NCBI GenBank assembly: GCA_049840735.1
Contig: JASGJN010000020.1
Coordinates: 128,001-192,000, forward strand
Reading direction: 5' to 3'
Length of the DNA: 64,000 nucleotides
DNA from: Anaeromyxobacter sp.
GTDB taxonomy: Bacteria; Myxococcota; Myxococcia; Myxococcales; Anaeromyxobacteraceae
The notes under the pieces were generated by a model, which did no database searches, had not been told where the DNA came from, and saw only the letters and a list, made by a program, of their open reading frames with translations. Position 1 is the first letter of the stretch. The number at the start of each line of letters is the position of its first letter. Below are positions 1 through 11,415 of this stretch, piece after piece. A program made the translations under genes and the position numbers.

Positions 1-711
1 CAGACCGAGCTCATCGCCAACGTGGCCCACGAGCTGCGCACGCCGCTGGCGCGCATCCGCGTGGCGCTGGACCTGGCCGACGGCGGCGACGCCGAGATGG
101 CCCGCGAGTCGCTGGCCGAGATCGCCGAGGACCTGGCCGAGCTGGAGCGGCTGGTGGACGACGTGCTGGCCTCGGCGCGCATGGACCTGGCCAGCAACAC
201 CGCCAGCGCCGGCGGCGCGCCGGCCATCCGGGCCGCGCCGCTGGACCTGGGCGGCGTGGTGCGCGGGGCGGCCGAGCGGCTGCACCACCGCCACCCGGAG
301 CGCGACGTGATCGTCGAGCTGGAGGGGCCGCTGCCGGCGGTGCAGGGCGACGCCGTGCTGCTGCGGCGCGTGCTCGACAACCTGCTCGACAACGCCCGCA
401 AGTACTCCGCCCCCGGCCGGCCCATCCGGCTGCGCGCCACCGCGCCGGCCGGCCAGGCGGTGGTGCAGGTCATCGACCAGGGCGAGGGGCTGCTGCCGGA
501 GGATCTGCAGAAGCTCTTCACCCCCTTCTTCCGCAGCGACCGCAGCCGCAACCGCGCCACCGGCGGCATCGGCCTGGGGCTGACGCTGGCCCGCCGCATC
601 GCCGAGGCGCACGGCGGCACGCTCACCGCCGAGAGCACGCCGGGCCAGGGCTCGACCTTCACGCTCGCCCTGCCCGCCGCGGCCGAGCCCGCCGCGCCCG
701 TCCGGCCGTAA
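1..711 (+). CDS. Sensor histidine kinase, C-terminal part (HisKA + HATPase), truncated by window start
   Basis: H-box VAHELRTPL, N-box NLLDNARKYS, G1 DQGEG, F-box LFTPFFR, G2 GIGLGL. Confidence 0.93.
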   Translation, partial: QTELIANVAHELRTPLARIRVALDLADGGDAEMARESLAEIAEDLAELERLVDDVLASARMDLASNTASAGGAPAIRAAPLDLGGVVRGAAERLHHRHPERDVIVELEGPLPAVQGDAVLLRRVLDNLLDNARKYSAPGRPIRLRATAPAGQAVVQVIDQGEGLLPEDLQKLFTPFFRSDRSRNRATGGIGLGLTLARRIAEAHGGTLTAESTPGQGSTFTLALPAAAEPAAPVRP

Positions 712-793
712 CAATCGCGCACACGCGGGCCAAGCACGGCCAACGCGCCGGGGACAAGCTCTCCCCACGTCTGACGGGGCGTGGGGAGAGAAC

Positions 794-2019
794 GTGATCA
801 AGCGACACTGGAAGAAGCTGGCCGCGGCCGCCGCGGCGCTGGTGGTCATCGCAGGGCTCTGGCTGGCGCGCCCGCGCCCGCCGCCCGCGCCGGCCTGGGA
901 GGCCACGCCGCTCGACCGCGGCGACGTGGTGGTGAAGGTCACCGCCTCCGGCACCCTGGCCGCGCGCCGCACCGTGGTGGTCTCGAGCCAGGTCTCCGGG
1001 CGCGTGGCCGAGCTGGCGGTGGACTACAACGGCCGCGTCCGCAAGGGACAGCTCCTGGCCCGCATCGACCCGCAGCCGTTCCAGGCCGCGGTGGCCCAGG
1101 CCACCGCCAGCGCGGCGGCCGCGGGCGCCCAGGTGTCCAAGGCCAGGGCCAGCCTGGCCGACCTGGAGCGCCAGTCCGCGCGCTCCCGGGAGCTGCTCGA
1201 CCGCGGCCTGCTGGCCCGCGAGGAGTGGGACGCGTCGGTGGCCCAGGTGACGATGTCGAAGGCCGAGCTGGCCGCCGCGGAGGCCGGGCTGGCCCAGGCC
1301 CGGGCCGCGCTGGACGAGGCGCGCTACAAGCTGACCCAGACCGACATCCGCTCCTCCATCGACGGCATCGTGGTGTCCCGCGACGTGGACGTGGGGCAGA
1401 CGGTGGCCGCCTCGCTGCAGGCCCCCACCCTCTTCACGCTGGCCGAGGACCTGTCGCTGATGGAGGTCCGGGCGCACGTCTCCGAGTCCGACGTGGGCAA
1501 GATCAGCGAAGGCATGGCGGCCACGTTCAAGGTGGACGCCTTCCCGCGCGAGGTGCTGCAGGGGCGCGTCCGCCAGGTGCGCAACGCCGCCACCACCACC
1601 CAGAGCGTGGTGACCTACGACGTGGTGGTGGACGTGGAGAACCCGGCCCTGAAGCTCAAGCCGGGCATGACCGCCACCGTCACCTTCGTGGCCGCCGAGC
1701 GGAGGGACGCGCTGCGCGCCCCCAACGCCGCCCTCCGCTTCAAGCCGCCCGCCGGCGCCGCGCCCCCCGCGCCGCGCGACCTGGCGGCGGACCAGCGGGT
1801 GATCTACCTGGTCGAGGCCGAAAGGCTCTCACCGGTCACCGTCCGGCTCGGCGTCAGCGACGGCGCCCACACCGAGCTCCTGGACGCCCAGGTCCCGCCA
1901 GGCGCGCTGGTGGCCACCGGCAGCGCGTCGGCCGACGGCGCGGGCTCGGCGGCGGCCACCGCGAAGCGCTCCCAGGCGCCCGGCGGCCCGGGCGGCCCGC
2001 CGCCGCCGAGGATGTTCTG

Positions 2020-2020
<1 letters not shown>
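794..2020 (+). CDS. MacA-like periplasmic adaptor (membrane fusion protein)
   Basis: N-terminal TM segment, VSSQVSGRV lipoyl-like half, coiled hairpin, GQTVAASLQAPTLF, LKPGMTA. Confidence 0.9.
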
Positions 2021-3980
<1,960 letters not shown>

Positions 3981-4044
3981 GGGGCGAGGGCAGCGCCGGG
4001 CTCGCCAGCCAACTCCGACTTCGACCCTCAAGCGCGTGGCCCCC

Positions 4045-4094
4045 CCGTTCGGCCTGAGCGTAGCGAGCCCGCAGGGCTCGCGGAGTCGAAGGCC
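4045..4094 (+). repeat. REP-like palindromic repeat, long (GTAG) form
   Basis: CCGTTC-GGCCT-GAGCGTAG-CGAGCCC-GCA-GGGCTCG-CGGAGTCGA-AGGCC between convergent genes. Confidence 0.85.
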
Positions 4095-4114
4095 AGGAGC
4101 TGCACTCGTGACGC

Positions 4115-6178
4115 TCAGCGCCCCGCCGGCAGCGGCTTCATGGGCGGCCGGGTCACCTTGAACGCAGGCAGCCGCAGCTGCGGCGCCTCCACGAACGGCT
4201 TCACGCCCAGCTCGCGGTAGAGCTCGGCCGGGAAGTAGACGTCGCCCTGCTTCACCGCCATGGCCACGCGCCGGATGGCCGAGATGTCCTGCGTGGGGTC
4301 GCCGTCGACCAGGATGACGTCGGCGGAGTAGCCGGGCGCCACCCGCCCCAGCTCCTGATCCCAGCCCAGCACCTTGGCCGCGCCCAGCGTGGCGTGGTGG
4401 AGGACCCGGGCTGGCGGGATGCCGGCCTTCACCCACAGCTCCAGCTCGCGGTGGAGCGTGAAGCCAGCCAGCCCGTCGGTGCCCGCCACCAGCGTCACGC
4501 CGGCGTCGTCCAGCCGCTTCACCACCTGCAGCATCTTCCCGAACGAGGCCCGGTAGCGCTCGCGGGTGGGCCCATCCGCTTCCATGGCCGCCATCCGCAG
4601 CCCGCGCTGGAAGCTGGCCGGCAGGTGAACGGCGACCATGCCGTAGGAGGCCGAGGGCTCGCCCGGCGCGTGCGTGAACAGGTCCTCGAAGACCGTCACG
4701 GTGGGATCGTGCCCTACCCCGCGCTCCAGCATGAGCCGGACGAAGTCCTGGAAGGCCGGGCCGTCCAGGTCCAGGTCCGCCGCCCGTTCCGCCACGGTGG
4801 TGAAGCGCGCCAGCGTGCGCGAGTCCTCGCCTTCCTTGGAGACGAAGTTGAGCAGCAGCTGGTTGACGTGATGGATCTCCATGTAGCCGGCCAGGATGGC
4901 GTCGCGGGCGCGGGCGAAGGCTGGCACGTGGCCAGACACCCGCAGCCCCAGCTCGCGGGCGTGGGCCGCCAGGGGCGCCATCCACTCCGGCTTGATGGAG
5001 TTGTAGAGCTTGATGCCGCGGTAGCCGAGCCGGGCGTAGCGGTCCTCGGCCGCCAGCGCGTCGTCGAGCGTGGGGACCACCACGCCGCTGAAGCGGGACG
5101 CGAACGGGCTATCGCCCTCGACGAAGCCGGAGCGCCAGATGCGCGGCCCGACCCACTGCCCCGTCCCCGCCTTCTCCTCCAGCTCCAGGATCTCGCGCTC
5201 GGTGTTCCCCAGGTCTCGGATGGTGGTGACCCCACCCGCCAGCTGCAGTGCAGCGTTCCAGGGCCACTCGTGCGCGTGCATGTCGATCAGGGCCGGCAGC
5301 AGCGTCTTCCCCTCCCCATCCACCACCGCCACGTCGTCAGGGACCGGCTTCGCGGCCGGCACCACCGAGGTGATCCGGCCGCGGAACAGGTAGACCGTGG
5401 AAGGCCCGGTGCGCTGGCCGGTGACCGGGTCGAAGACGTTCACGCCGGTGATGGCCAGCGGAGGCTTGACCACGTGCCGGGTGCGGGTGGCCAGGGCGTC
5501 GAGCAGGGAGGCCTGGGCCTGCTTCACCGCAGCCGCGAGGCGCGGCGCCTCGGCGGCGTAGCCCGCGCGGATGGTGCCGAAGGGCGGCTGGGAGTCCCCC
5601 ACGTCGGAGAAGAGCCGCCCATCGGCGTCCAGCCAGAGGAAGACCGGCTGGAAGGTGACGCCCCGGGCCACGTGCAGCGTGACCTGGCGCGGGCCGCCGG
5701 CGCCCTTCACGGTGAGCGTCCGCAGCCGCTCCACCCGGATCTCGCCACCCGGCAGCAGGCGAAGGGCCCCGCCGTGGACCAGCGCCTGCCGGAAGGTGAG
5801 CGCGTCCAGCTCCGGGCTGTTCACGATGGGCAGGTAGGTGGCAGGACCCTGGACCCGCGTCTCGCCCTGATCCGCCAGGGTCTTCCAGCTGGCCTTCCCG
5901 CCGCCGCGCGTGAACCGCTCCTCCACCCGCCCGCCGAAGGTGTTGGTGCCGGTGATCTCGAGCGTGGCCACCTGCCCGTCGGCGCCCAGGGTGTAGCGCT
6001 CGGAGAGCTTCGGTCCGCGGCCGTTCTCGAGGTAGGCGAACTCGACCCGCACCTCGCCCGGCGCGTCGGTCCGGACCAGGCTGCCGGCGGTCTTGCCACC
6101 CGAGAGGAAGTCGTAGCGGGTGACGGAGGGCGCAGCGGCGGCGGTCAGCGCGGCGGCGAGCAGGGCGAGAGCGGGCAT
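4115..6178 (-). CDS. Secreted amidohydrolase-family protein
   Basis: Signal peptide; LLPALIDMHAH (HxH), SGH, AGTDG, GYSADVILVDGDP motifs. Confidence 0.85.
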   Translation of the reverse strand: MPALALLAAALTAAAAPSVTRYDFLSGGKTAGSLVRTDAPGEVRVEFAYLENGRGPKLSERYTLGADGQVATLEITGTNTFGGRVEERFTRGGGKASWKTLADQGETRVQGPATYLPIVNSPELDALTFRQALVHGGALRLLPGGEIRVERLRTLTVKGAGGPRQVTLHVARGVTFQPVFLWLDADGRLFSDVGDSQPPFGTIRAGYAAEAPRLAAAVKQAQASLLDALATRTRHVVKPPLAITGVNVFDPVTGQRTGPSTVYLFRGRITSVVPAAKPVPDDVAVVDGEGKTLLPALIDMHAHEWPWNAALQLAGGVTTIRDLGNTEREILELEEKAGTGQWVGPRIWRSGFVEGDSPFASRFSGVVVPTLDDALAAEDRYARLGYRGIKLYNSIKPEWMAPLAAHARELGLRVSGHVPAFARARDAILAGYMEIHHVNQLLLNFVSKEGEDSRTLARFTTVAERAADLDLDGPAFQDFVRLMLERGVGHDPTVTVFEDLFTHAPGEPSASYGMVAVHLPASFQRGLRMAAMEADGPTRERYRASFGKMLQVVKRLDDAGVTLVAGTDGLAGFTLHRELELWVKAGIPPARVLHHATLGAAKVLGWDQELGRVAPGYSADVILVDGDPTQDISAIRRVAMAVKQGDVYFPAELYRELGVKPFVEAPQLRLPAFKVTRPPMKPLPAGR

Positions 6179-6264
6179 GGGTGAACGCTCTTTGCCGCCT
6201 GTCCGCGTACCGCGCTTGCCCCGGGCGGGTCAGGAGCCGTTCGCCGACGAGCGCTTCACCAACT

Positions 6265-6294
6265 CCGTTCGCAGTGAGCCTGTCGAACCGCGAA
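6265..6294 (+). repeat. REP-like repeat, short form
   Basis: CCG-TTCGCAGT-GAGCCTGTCGA-ACCGCGAA; same 11-nt loop as copies at 25482, 25521 and 62428. Confidence 0.75.
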
Positions 6295-6302
6295 TATCGG
6301 GC

Positions 6303-6737
6303 TCACTCGTACGGCAGCACCCGGCAGCCCTGGTAGCAGCCCAGGCAGACGTAGCGCGAGTCCCCGGCCTGCAGCTGCAGCGCCTCCTCCGAGGTGATGC
6401 ATGCCGTCGGCGCCACCGGCGCAGCGGTCGAGGAGCCCGGGATGTAGCAGACCTCGGGCGGCCCCTCGAGCGGACAGGTCACGTCGAAGGTTGGGCACAC
6501 CGAGGCGTCCCAGGTCGTGACCACGTCCCCCGCCACGCAGGCGGAGCCCCCGCCTTCGCTCTTGAGGCACACCTGGCCCGTGTCGCACGGCGCCACCAGC
6601 GAGCAGCCGTCCTCACCGAGCGTGGCGCAGGGGCCGCCGCAGGGGTTGCAGACCCGGGCGCCCGGGGTGGACCTCGAGCCGCAGGCGAGGAGCAGGAGGA
6701 GCGCGGGGAGGAGCATGCGGCAGGCGGTCGAGGGCAT
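6303..6737 (-). CDS. Cys-rich putative lipoprotein
   Basis: Hydrophobic stretch with lipobox LLLLA-C followed by many Cys; start codon uncertain (6737 or 6716). Confidence 0.6.
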   Translation of the reverse strand: MPSTACRMLLPALLLLLACGSRSTPGARVCNPCGGPCATLGEDGCSLVAPCDTGQVCLKSEGGGSACVAGDVVTTWDASVCPTFDVTCPLEGPPEVCYIPGSSTAAPVAPTACITSEEALQLQAGDSRYVCLGCYQGCRVLPYE

Positions 6738-6792
6738 CACCAGCGAACCTTGGCGTGGAGCGGGTCCGTTGTCGAGCGTCCTACTTGCGCCT

Positions 6793-7722
6793 TCAATCGA
6801 TGGCCTCGCGGCACCACCGGGCCAGGCGGCTCCCGAGCCCGGGGCGATCCGCAGCATCTGCCTGCTGCGGCTGTTGGGCGCCGCCGGACCTCTCGCGGTG
6901 CGCGAGCAGGTGCTCCGCGCGCAGCCACACGCGGCTCCCGCAGGCGATCGGCCCGGGGACGAACGGCACGTTGTCGAGCGCTCCGCTCAGCCAGCCGTCC
7001 GGCTGGACGGTGTCGAGGTCGACCCACATGAACTCGACGCGCTGTTCCACCTCGCCGTGCGGGTCCGCCGCCAGGAAGACGAACGGCGCCTTCACCTCAT
7101 CGCCCGGACGCGGCGGTCCGGCGAGCACGTGAAGGTCCTTGCCGACCTGCCTCGGCTCGGCCACCAGCCAGCCCTCGCGCTCGAGCGTGGGCGAGAGCGG
7201 CTCGGGGCCCTTCGGCTCCTGGACCGAGCTGGTCTGGCGCTCCACCTTCAAGGCCCAGGCGTGCACCTCGTCCAGCGTCAGCCCGGTGACCTGCTGCTGG
7301 GCGAGCGGGTGCCCGTCGTCGAGCAGCATCAGACGCGGGCGCTGGGTGCCGCGGCCGAGGTGCACGTGGACCGGCACCCCCAGGATGGAAGGCAGGAGGT
7401 TGGTCTGGTTCGCGATGGTCCCCTGGAAGCCAGGATGGTCGGGAGGCGGGTCCACGGAGAAGAAGCGCTCGTACTCCTCGAAGTGCTCCCTCGCGACCTT
7501 CACCCAGAAGCCCCAGCTGTAAGGGAAGTCGCGCCCGTGGACGGGGATGGGCGCGACCGTGCGGATGAAGAACGCCTCGCCGTCGATGGAGACGAAGTCA
7601 TCCGTCGCCCGGACGCGCGTGTCTCTCTCCTCCTCGGGCACCGCGAAGACGGCGTCGGGCCGCCCGAAGGCCGGCTCCAGCTCCTCGTGCTCCTTCCCGC
7701 AGTGTGCGCAGCGACCGCCCAT
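6793..7722 (-). CDS. DUF2199-like domain protein with a C-terminal DUF2314-like segment
   Basis: N-terminal CAHCGKEH, FFIRTVAPIPV..YSWGFWV, QRPRL..HPLAQQQ; C-terminal EFMWV..GALDNVP. Confidence 0.65.
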   Translation of the reverse strand: MGGRCAHCGKEHEELEPAFGRPDAVFAVPEEERDTRVRATDDFVSIDGEAFFIRTVAPIPVHGRDFPYSWGFWVKVAREHFEEYERFFSVDPPPDHPGFQGTIANQTNLLPSILGVPVHVHLGRGTQRPRLMLLDDGHPLAQQQVTGLTLDEVHAWALKVERQTSSVQEPKGPEPLSPTLEREGWLVAEPRQVGKDLHVLAGPPRPGDEVKAPFVFLAADPHGEVEQRVEFMWVDLDTVQPDGWLSGALDNVPFVPGPIACGSRVWLRAEHLLAHRERSGGAQQPQQADAADRPGLGSRLARWCREAID

Positions 7723-7773
7723 GGCCGGCCCCCTGTTGTTCCGATGGTACCGAAGCCTGACCGTGGCCGCGGG

Positions 7774-8223
7774 CTAGAAGCCGAAGCCGGGATGGACCAT
7801 CTCCCGGTGGCGGCGAACGGCCCATCTCCCGCCGGCCAAGCCATCGAGAAGGCGCGCACCGCCACGCGTGTAGTGCAGTTCGGTCCCATCCGGCGCCCCC
7901 AGCGCCGGCAGCAGCTCACGCAGGAGTGCGAGCGCCGGATCCAGCTCGGTGACGTCCACGTCGATCCCACAGAATTCGACGGCGCGGGTCCCGTCCGGAC
8001 GCTCGTCGCCAAGCGCGGAGCCAGCACCGGTGACCTCGCCGAGGCCTGCCTTCAAGAGCTTCGCCTCGATGGGTTCTTCGTACTTCTCGCCGCGGGCGAG
8101 CGGGCCGATGTGCTCGGGGATCATGACGTAGACGAAACGTTCCGCGGCGGCGTCGACCTGCTGCGTCGGCGGCACGCCGGGGGCCCTGCGGAACAGTGCG
8201 GCGATTCGAGAGAAGAGGCCCAT
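7774..8223 (-). CDS. Hypothetical protein
   Basis: 149-aa ORF with plausible composition (PLARGEKYEEPI..GEVTGAGS..CGIDVD). Confidence 0.65.
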   Translation of the reverse strand: MGLFSRIAALFRRAPGVPPTQQVDAAAERFVYVMIPEHIGPLARGEKYEEPIEAKLLKAGLGEVTGAGSALGDERPDGTRAVEFCGIDVDVTELDPALALLRELLPALGAPDGTELHYTRGGARLLDGLAGGRWAVRRHREMVHPGFGF

Positions 8224-8497
8224 GGGCAAACAGTATACCCGTCCAGCCGCCACGCACTGCCGGCGCGCGCGAGGCCCACCTGTCCCGTGACTGGGGGTGG
8301 ATGGCTTTCCCTTGTAGGCGAGGGCCGTCAGGCTGGTCAGCCGCCCTCGCCTGCCGGACGCGACCAGCTCTGGGCGCGGCGATCGAGGCGGATTCGACGG
8401 CGAGGCGCCAGCGGTCTGGATTGAGTGCCGAGGCGCGCGCGGAGCTCGCTTCAGCCCCGTCCGGGGACGGCAGCATCGGAGCCGCGCCTCCCGCCCC

Positions 8498-8539
8498 AGA
8501 AAAGAAGAAGGCCCGTCGCCTTGGGGGCTTCGGGCCTTC
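8498..8539 (-). terminator. Rho-independent terminator after tRNA-Val
   Basis: GAAGGCCCG/CGGGCCTTC stem followed by a U-rich tract on the minus strand. Confidence 0.7.
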
Positions 8540-8547
8540 GTCTGCTG

Positions 8548-8619
8548 TGGGCGCTGCAGGGTTCGAACCTGCGACCCCTGCCGTGTGAAGGCAGTGCTCT
8601 ACCGCTGAGCTAAGCGCCC
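8548..8619 (-). tRNA. tRNA-Val(CAC); CCA not encoded
   Basis: GGGCGCTTAGCTCAGCGGTAGAGCACTGCC-TTCACAC-GGCAGGGGTCGCAGGTTCGAACCCTGCAGCGCCCA folds as a cloverleaf. Confidence 0.97.
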
Positions 8620-8638
8620 TGGTGCAACGAGGCGGCGG

Positions 8639-8667
8639 AGTATGCCGTCGGTCCCCCCGGGTGTCAA
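8639..8667 (-). promoter_or_regulatory. sigma70 promoter of tRNA-Val
   Basis: TTGACA-N17-CATACT about 20 bp upstream of the tRNA. Confidence 0.75.
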
Positions 8668-9005
8668 CGGGTTCTCGACGGGTCCGTTTCGTCGCCGCCA
8701 GGAGCCTCGGAATCCTTCTCCCCCAGCCCGTCCAGCCGCTCGGCCAGCTCGCGGGTCTTGCGCTTGATGCGGGCCAGCTGGCGGGCCAGGTCCTGGTAGT
8801 CCTGCCGCCCGGGGATGCCGGCGGCGTGCATGGCCTTCTCCTGCAGGGCCTCCAGCTGCTGCCTGCCCCGCTGGGCCAGGCCCACGGCGCGGGCCAGGGC
8901 CTCCTGGCCGCGCGGGTCGGCCATCACGCCGGCGGCGGCGCGCGACACGAGCTTGGTGCCGGTCTCGAACAGCGCCTCTGCGAAGCCCCTGCCTCTGCGC
9001 GACAT
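8664..9005 (-). CDS. Small coiled-coil protein, StkC-like by position
   Basis: Helical 113-aa ORF with its own RBS, third gene after the Hsp70 and SCP2 genes. Confidence 0.6.
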   Translation of the reverse strand: MSRRGRGFAEALFETGTKLVSRAAAGVMADPRGQEALARAVGLAQRGRQQLEALQEKAMHAAGIPGRQDYQDLARQLARIKRKTRELAERLDGLGEKDSEAPGGDETDPSRTR

Positions 9006-9015
9006 GCTGGTCTCC

Positions 9016-9426
9016 CTAGGGCAGCTCGGTGACGACCACGGCCAGCGCGGCGTCCACCACGTGCCGATACTGCGCCCGGCGGATGAGCGCCTCCAGATCT
9101 CCTTCGACGCGGACCCGCCCGGAGAGCGCCGCCTTGACCGGATCCTCGCCGGCCATGAGCGAGCGCACCACGCGATACTGCGCGCGGATCACGTAGGCGG
9201 GCTCGAGCTCGAGGAGCTCGTCCTCGTCGGCCAGGAGCCGGTACCGCCCGATGCGGCCGCCCTTCTGCTCGGCCCAGGCGGCCACGGTGCGCGGCCAGGC
9301 GGGCGGGTCGGCCTCCACCACCAGCGCGCCGTCCTTGCCCAGCCCGCTGAGCGCGGCGGGCAGGTCGGGGTGGGCGTTGATGGCCGCCACCATGGCGTCG
9401 ATCCACTCGCGAGAGCCGAAGCGCAT
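9016..9426 (-). CDS. SCP2 sterol/lipid-binding domain protein (StkB-like)
   Basis: MRFGSREWI start; DPVKAALSGRVRVEGDL SCP2 signature. Confidence 0.8.
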   Translation of the reverse strand: MRFGSREWIDAMVAAINAHPDLPAALSGLGKDGALVVEADPPAWPRTVAAWAEQKGGRIGRYRLLADEDELLELEPAYVIRAQYRVVRSLMAGEDPVKAALSGRVRVEGDLEALIRRAQYRHVVDAALAVVVTELP

Positions 9427-9428
9427 CC

Positions 9429-11037
9429 CTACCCTCGCTTCAGCCAGCCGAAGAGGCCGCCCTTCCGCTCCTCGGCGGGCGTCTCGCCTCCCTCCGGCGT
9501 GCGGCGGCGCGCGTCCTCGGCCATGGCCTTCTTGAGGCTCTCCGGCGTGTCGCGCGTGGCCAGCTCGACCTCGGTCATGCCCTTCTCCGGATCGTCGAAC
9601 CGGACCTTGAGCAGGCACTCCTCGTCGAGGCGGAAGTCGATGCGCCGGCCGGTGGCCACGGCGGGCAGCCGGATTCGAGCCCAGGAACTCGTTGTCCACG
9701 ATGTGGTCGGAGTCGCCCTGGTAGATGTCGATCTCGATGGGCTGGCCCGGCTCGCGCGGCGGCGGCAGGCGGAAGCTCTTGGACGAGGGGATGGTGGTGT
9801 TCTTGTCCAGGATGCGCCGGAAGTGGCTCTGCGGCGTGGCGATGCCGATGGGCATCGAGAGCACGTCCACCAGCGTGACCGAGTCGATCTGGTCGAGCGA
9901 GTCGCCCAGCAGCGCCGCGCCCAGGGCCACGCACTCGTCGGGGTGGACGCCCTTGCGCGCCGGCCGGCCAAAGTGCTCGACGATCTTCTGCTGCACCATG
10001 GGCATGCGGCTCTGGCCGCCCACCAGGATGATCTCGTCGATGTCCTTGGGGCGGATGTCGCGGCTGGCCAGCACCTCGTCGCAGATCTGGAAGGTGCGAT
10101 TGATCAGGTCGGCGGTGAGGTCGTTCAGCTGCTGCCGGGAGAGCGGCAGGCGCACGTCCAGCGGCCGGCTCTTCCGCTCCTCGATGAAGGGCAGGTCGAT
10201 GACGACGTTGGGGATGAGCGAGAGGTCGATCTTGGCCGCCTCGGCCCCCTTCTTCACGCGCTGCATGGCGATGGGGGACTGGGCCAGGTCGATCTTGTGC
10301 TGGCGCCAGAAGTCCTCCAGCACCCAGTCGATGATCCGGTTGTCGAAGTCCACGCCCCCCAGGAACGTGTCGCCCCCGGTGGCCAGCACCTCGAAGACGT
10401 TGCCGGAGAGCTGCAGCACCGAGACGTCGAAGGTGCCGCCGCCCAGGTCGTAGACCAGGACCTTCTGGTCCAGCCCGCGCGCGAAGCCGTAGGCCAGCGC
10501 CGCCGCGGTGGGCTCGTTGACGATGCGCTTCACCTCGAAGCCGGCCAGCTTGCCCGCCGCGCGCACCGCCTGCCGCTGGGCGTCGGAGTAGTAGGCCGGG
10601 ACGGAGATGACGGCCGCCTCGATGGGCCGCTCCAGGAACGCCTGGGCGATGTTCTTGATGTGGGCCAGCACCATGGCGCTGACCTGGGGCAGCGTCTTCA
10701 CCTCGCCGCCCAGCATCACGGCCGCGTCGCCGTCCGGCCCCTCGACGATGTCGTACGAGTAGTAGTTGCGGAGCTCCTGGACGACCTTGGAGTTCCACTT
10801 GCGGCCGATGAGCCGCTTGGCGCCGTAGATGGTGTTCTTCGGGTTGACGACCAGCTGGTCCTTGGCGACCGCGCCCACCAGCAGATTGTTGTTCTCCCCC
10901 AGGGCCACGACGGTGGGGAGGATCAGGTTCCCGCGGTCGGTCGGCACGACCTTGGGGATGCGGTTGCGCACGTGCGCCACGCACGCGTTGGTGGTGCCGA
11001 GGTCGATGCCGAGGATGGGGCTTTCCTTGGGCGCCAT
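9429..11037 (-). CDS. Hsp70/DnaK-like protein lacking the lid (StkA-like); +1 frameshift at about 9674, probably an artefact
   Basis: [48 protein letters not shown]; removing one base of GAATC joins the frames into about 535 aa. Confidence 0.88.
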
Positions 11038-11112
11038 GTACCCAGATTGTTATCACGGATTGGCCGGGTGGACAGGCAAGCAGGCGATGACCCGCCCCCA
11101 CCCGGTCTTTCC

Positions 11113-11406
11113 TCAGTGCCGCGTCTCCGGATCCGGCTCCAGCACCTCCTCCTCGTCCTGGGTGAGCGACAGGAGGGCGTGGACGGCGCGGACCCCAAGC
11201 ACCCCGGCCGCCATCGCCTCCATGCGGTCGCGGTCCTCGGTCCGGACCACGCTGCCGTGGAGCCAGACCTCGCCGCCCACCACCTCCACCACCACGTCGC
11301 TCGCGTCCAGGCCGGCCCGGACGATCCGCTCGACCAGCTCGTCCAGGATGTGCAGGTCGGGGCGGCGCCAGCCCCTGGGGCCGCGCGCCGTCCCCACGCG
11401 CGCCAC
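11113..11406 (-). CDS. Small BON domain protein
   Basis: GPRGWRRPD..LDASDVVVEVVGGEVWLHGSV BON pattern; GGAGG RBS. Confidence 0.8.
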   Translation of the reverse strand: MARVGTARGPRGWRRPDLHILDELVERIVRAGLDASDVVVEVVGGEVWLHGSVVRTEDRDRMEAMAAGVLGVRAVHALLSLTQDEEEVLEPDPETRH

Positions 11407-11415
11407 GATGGCCTC

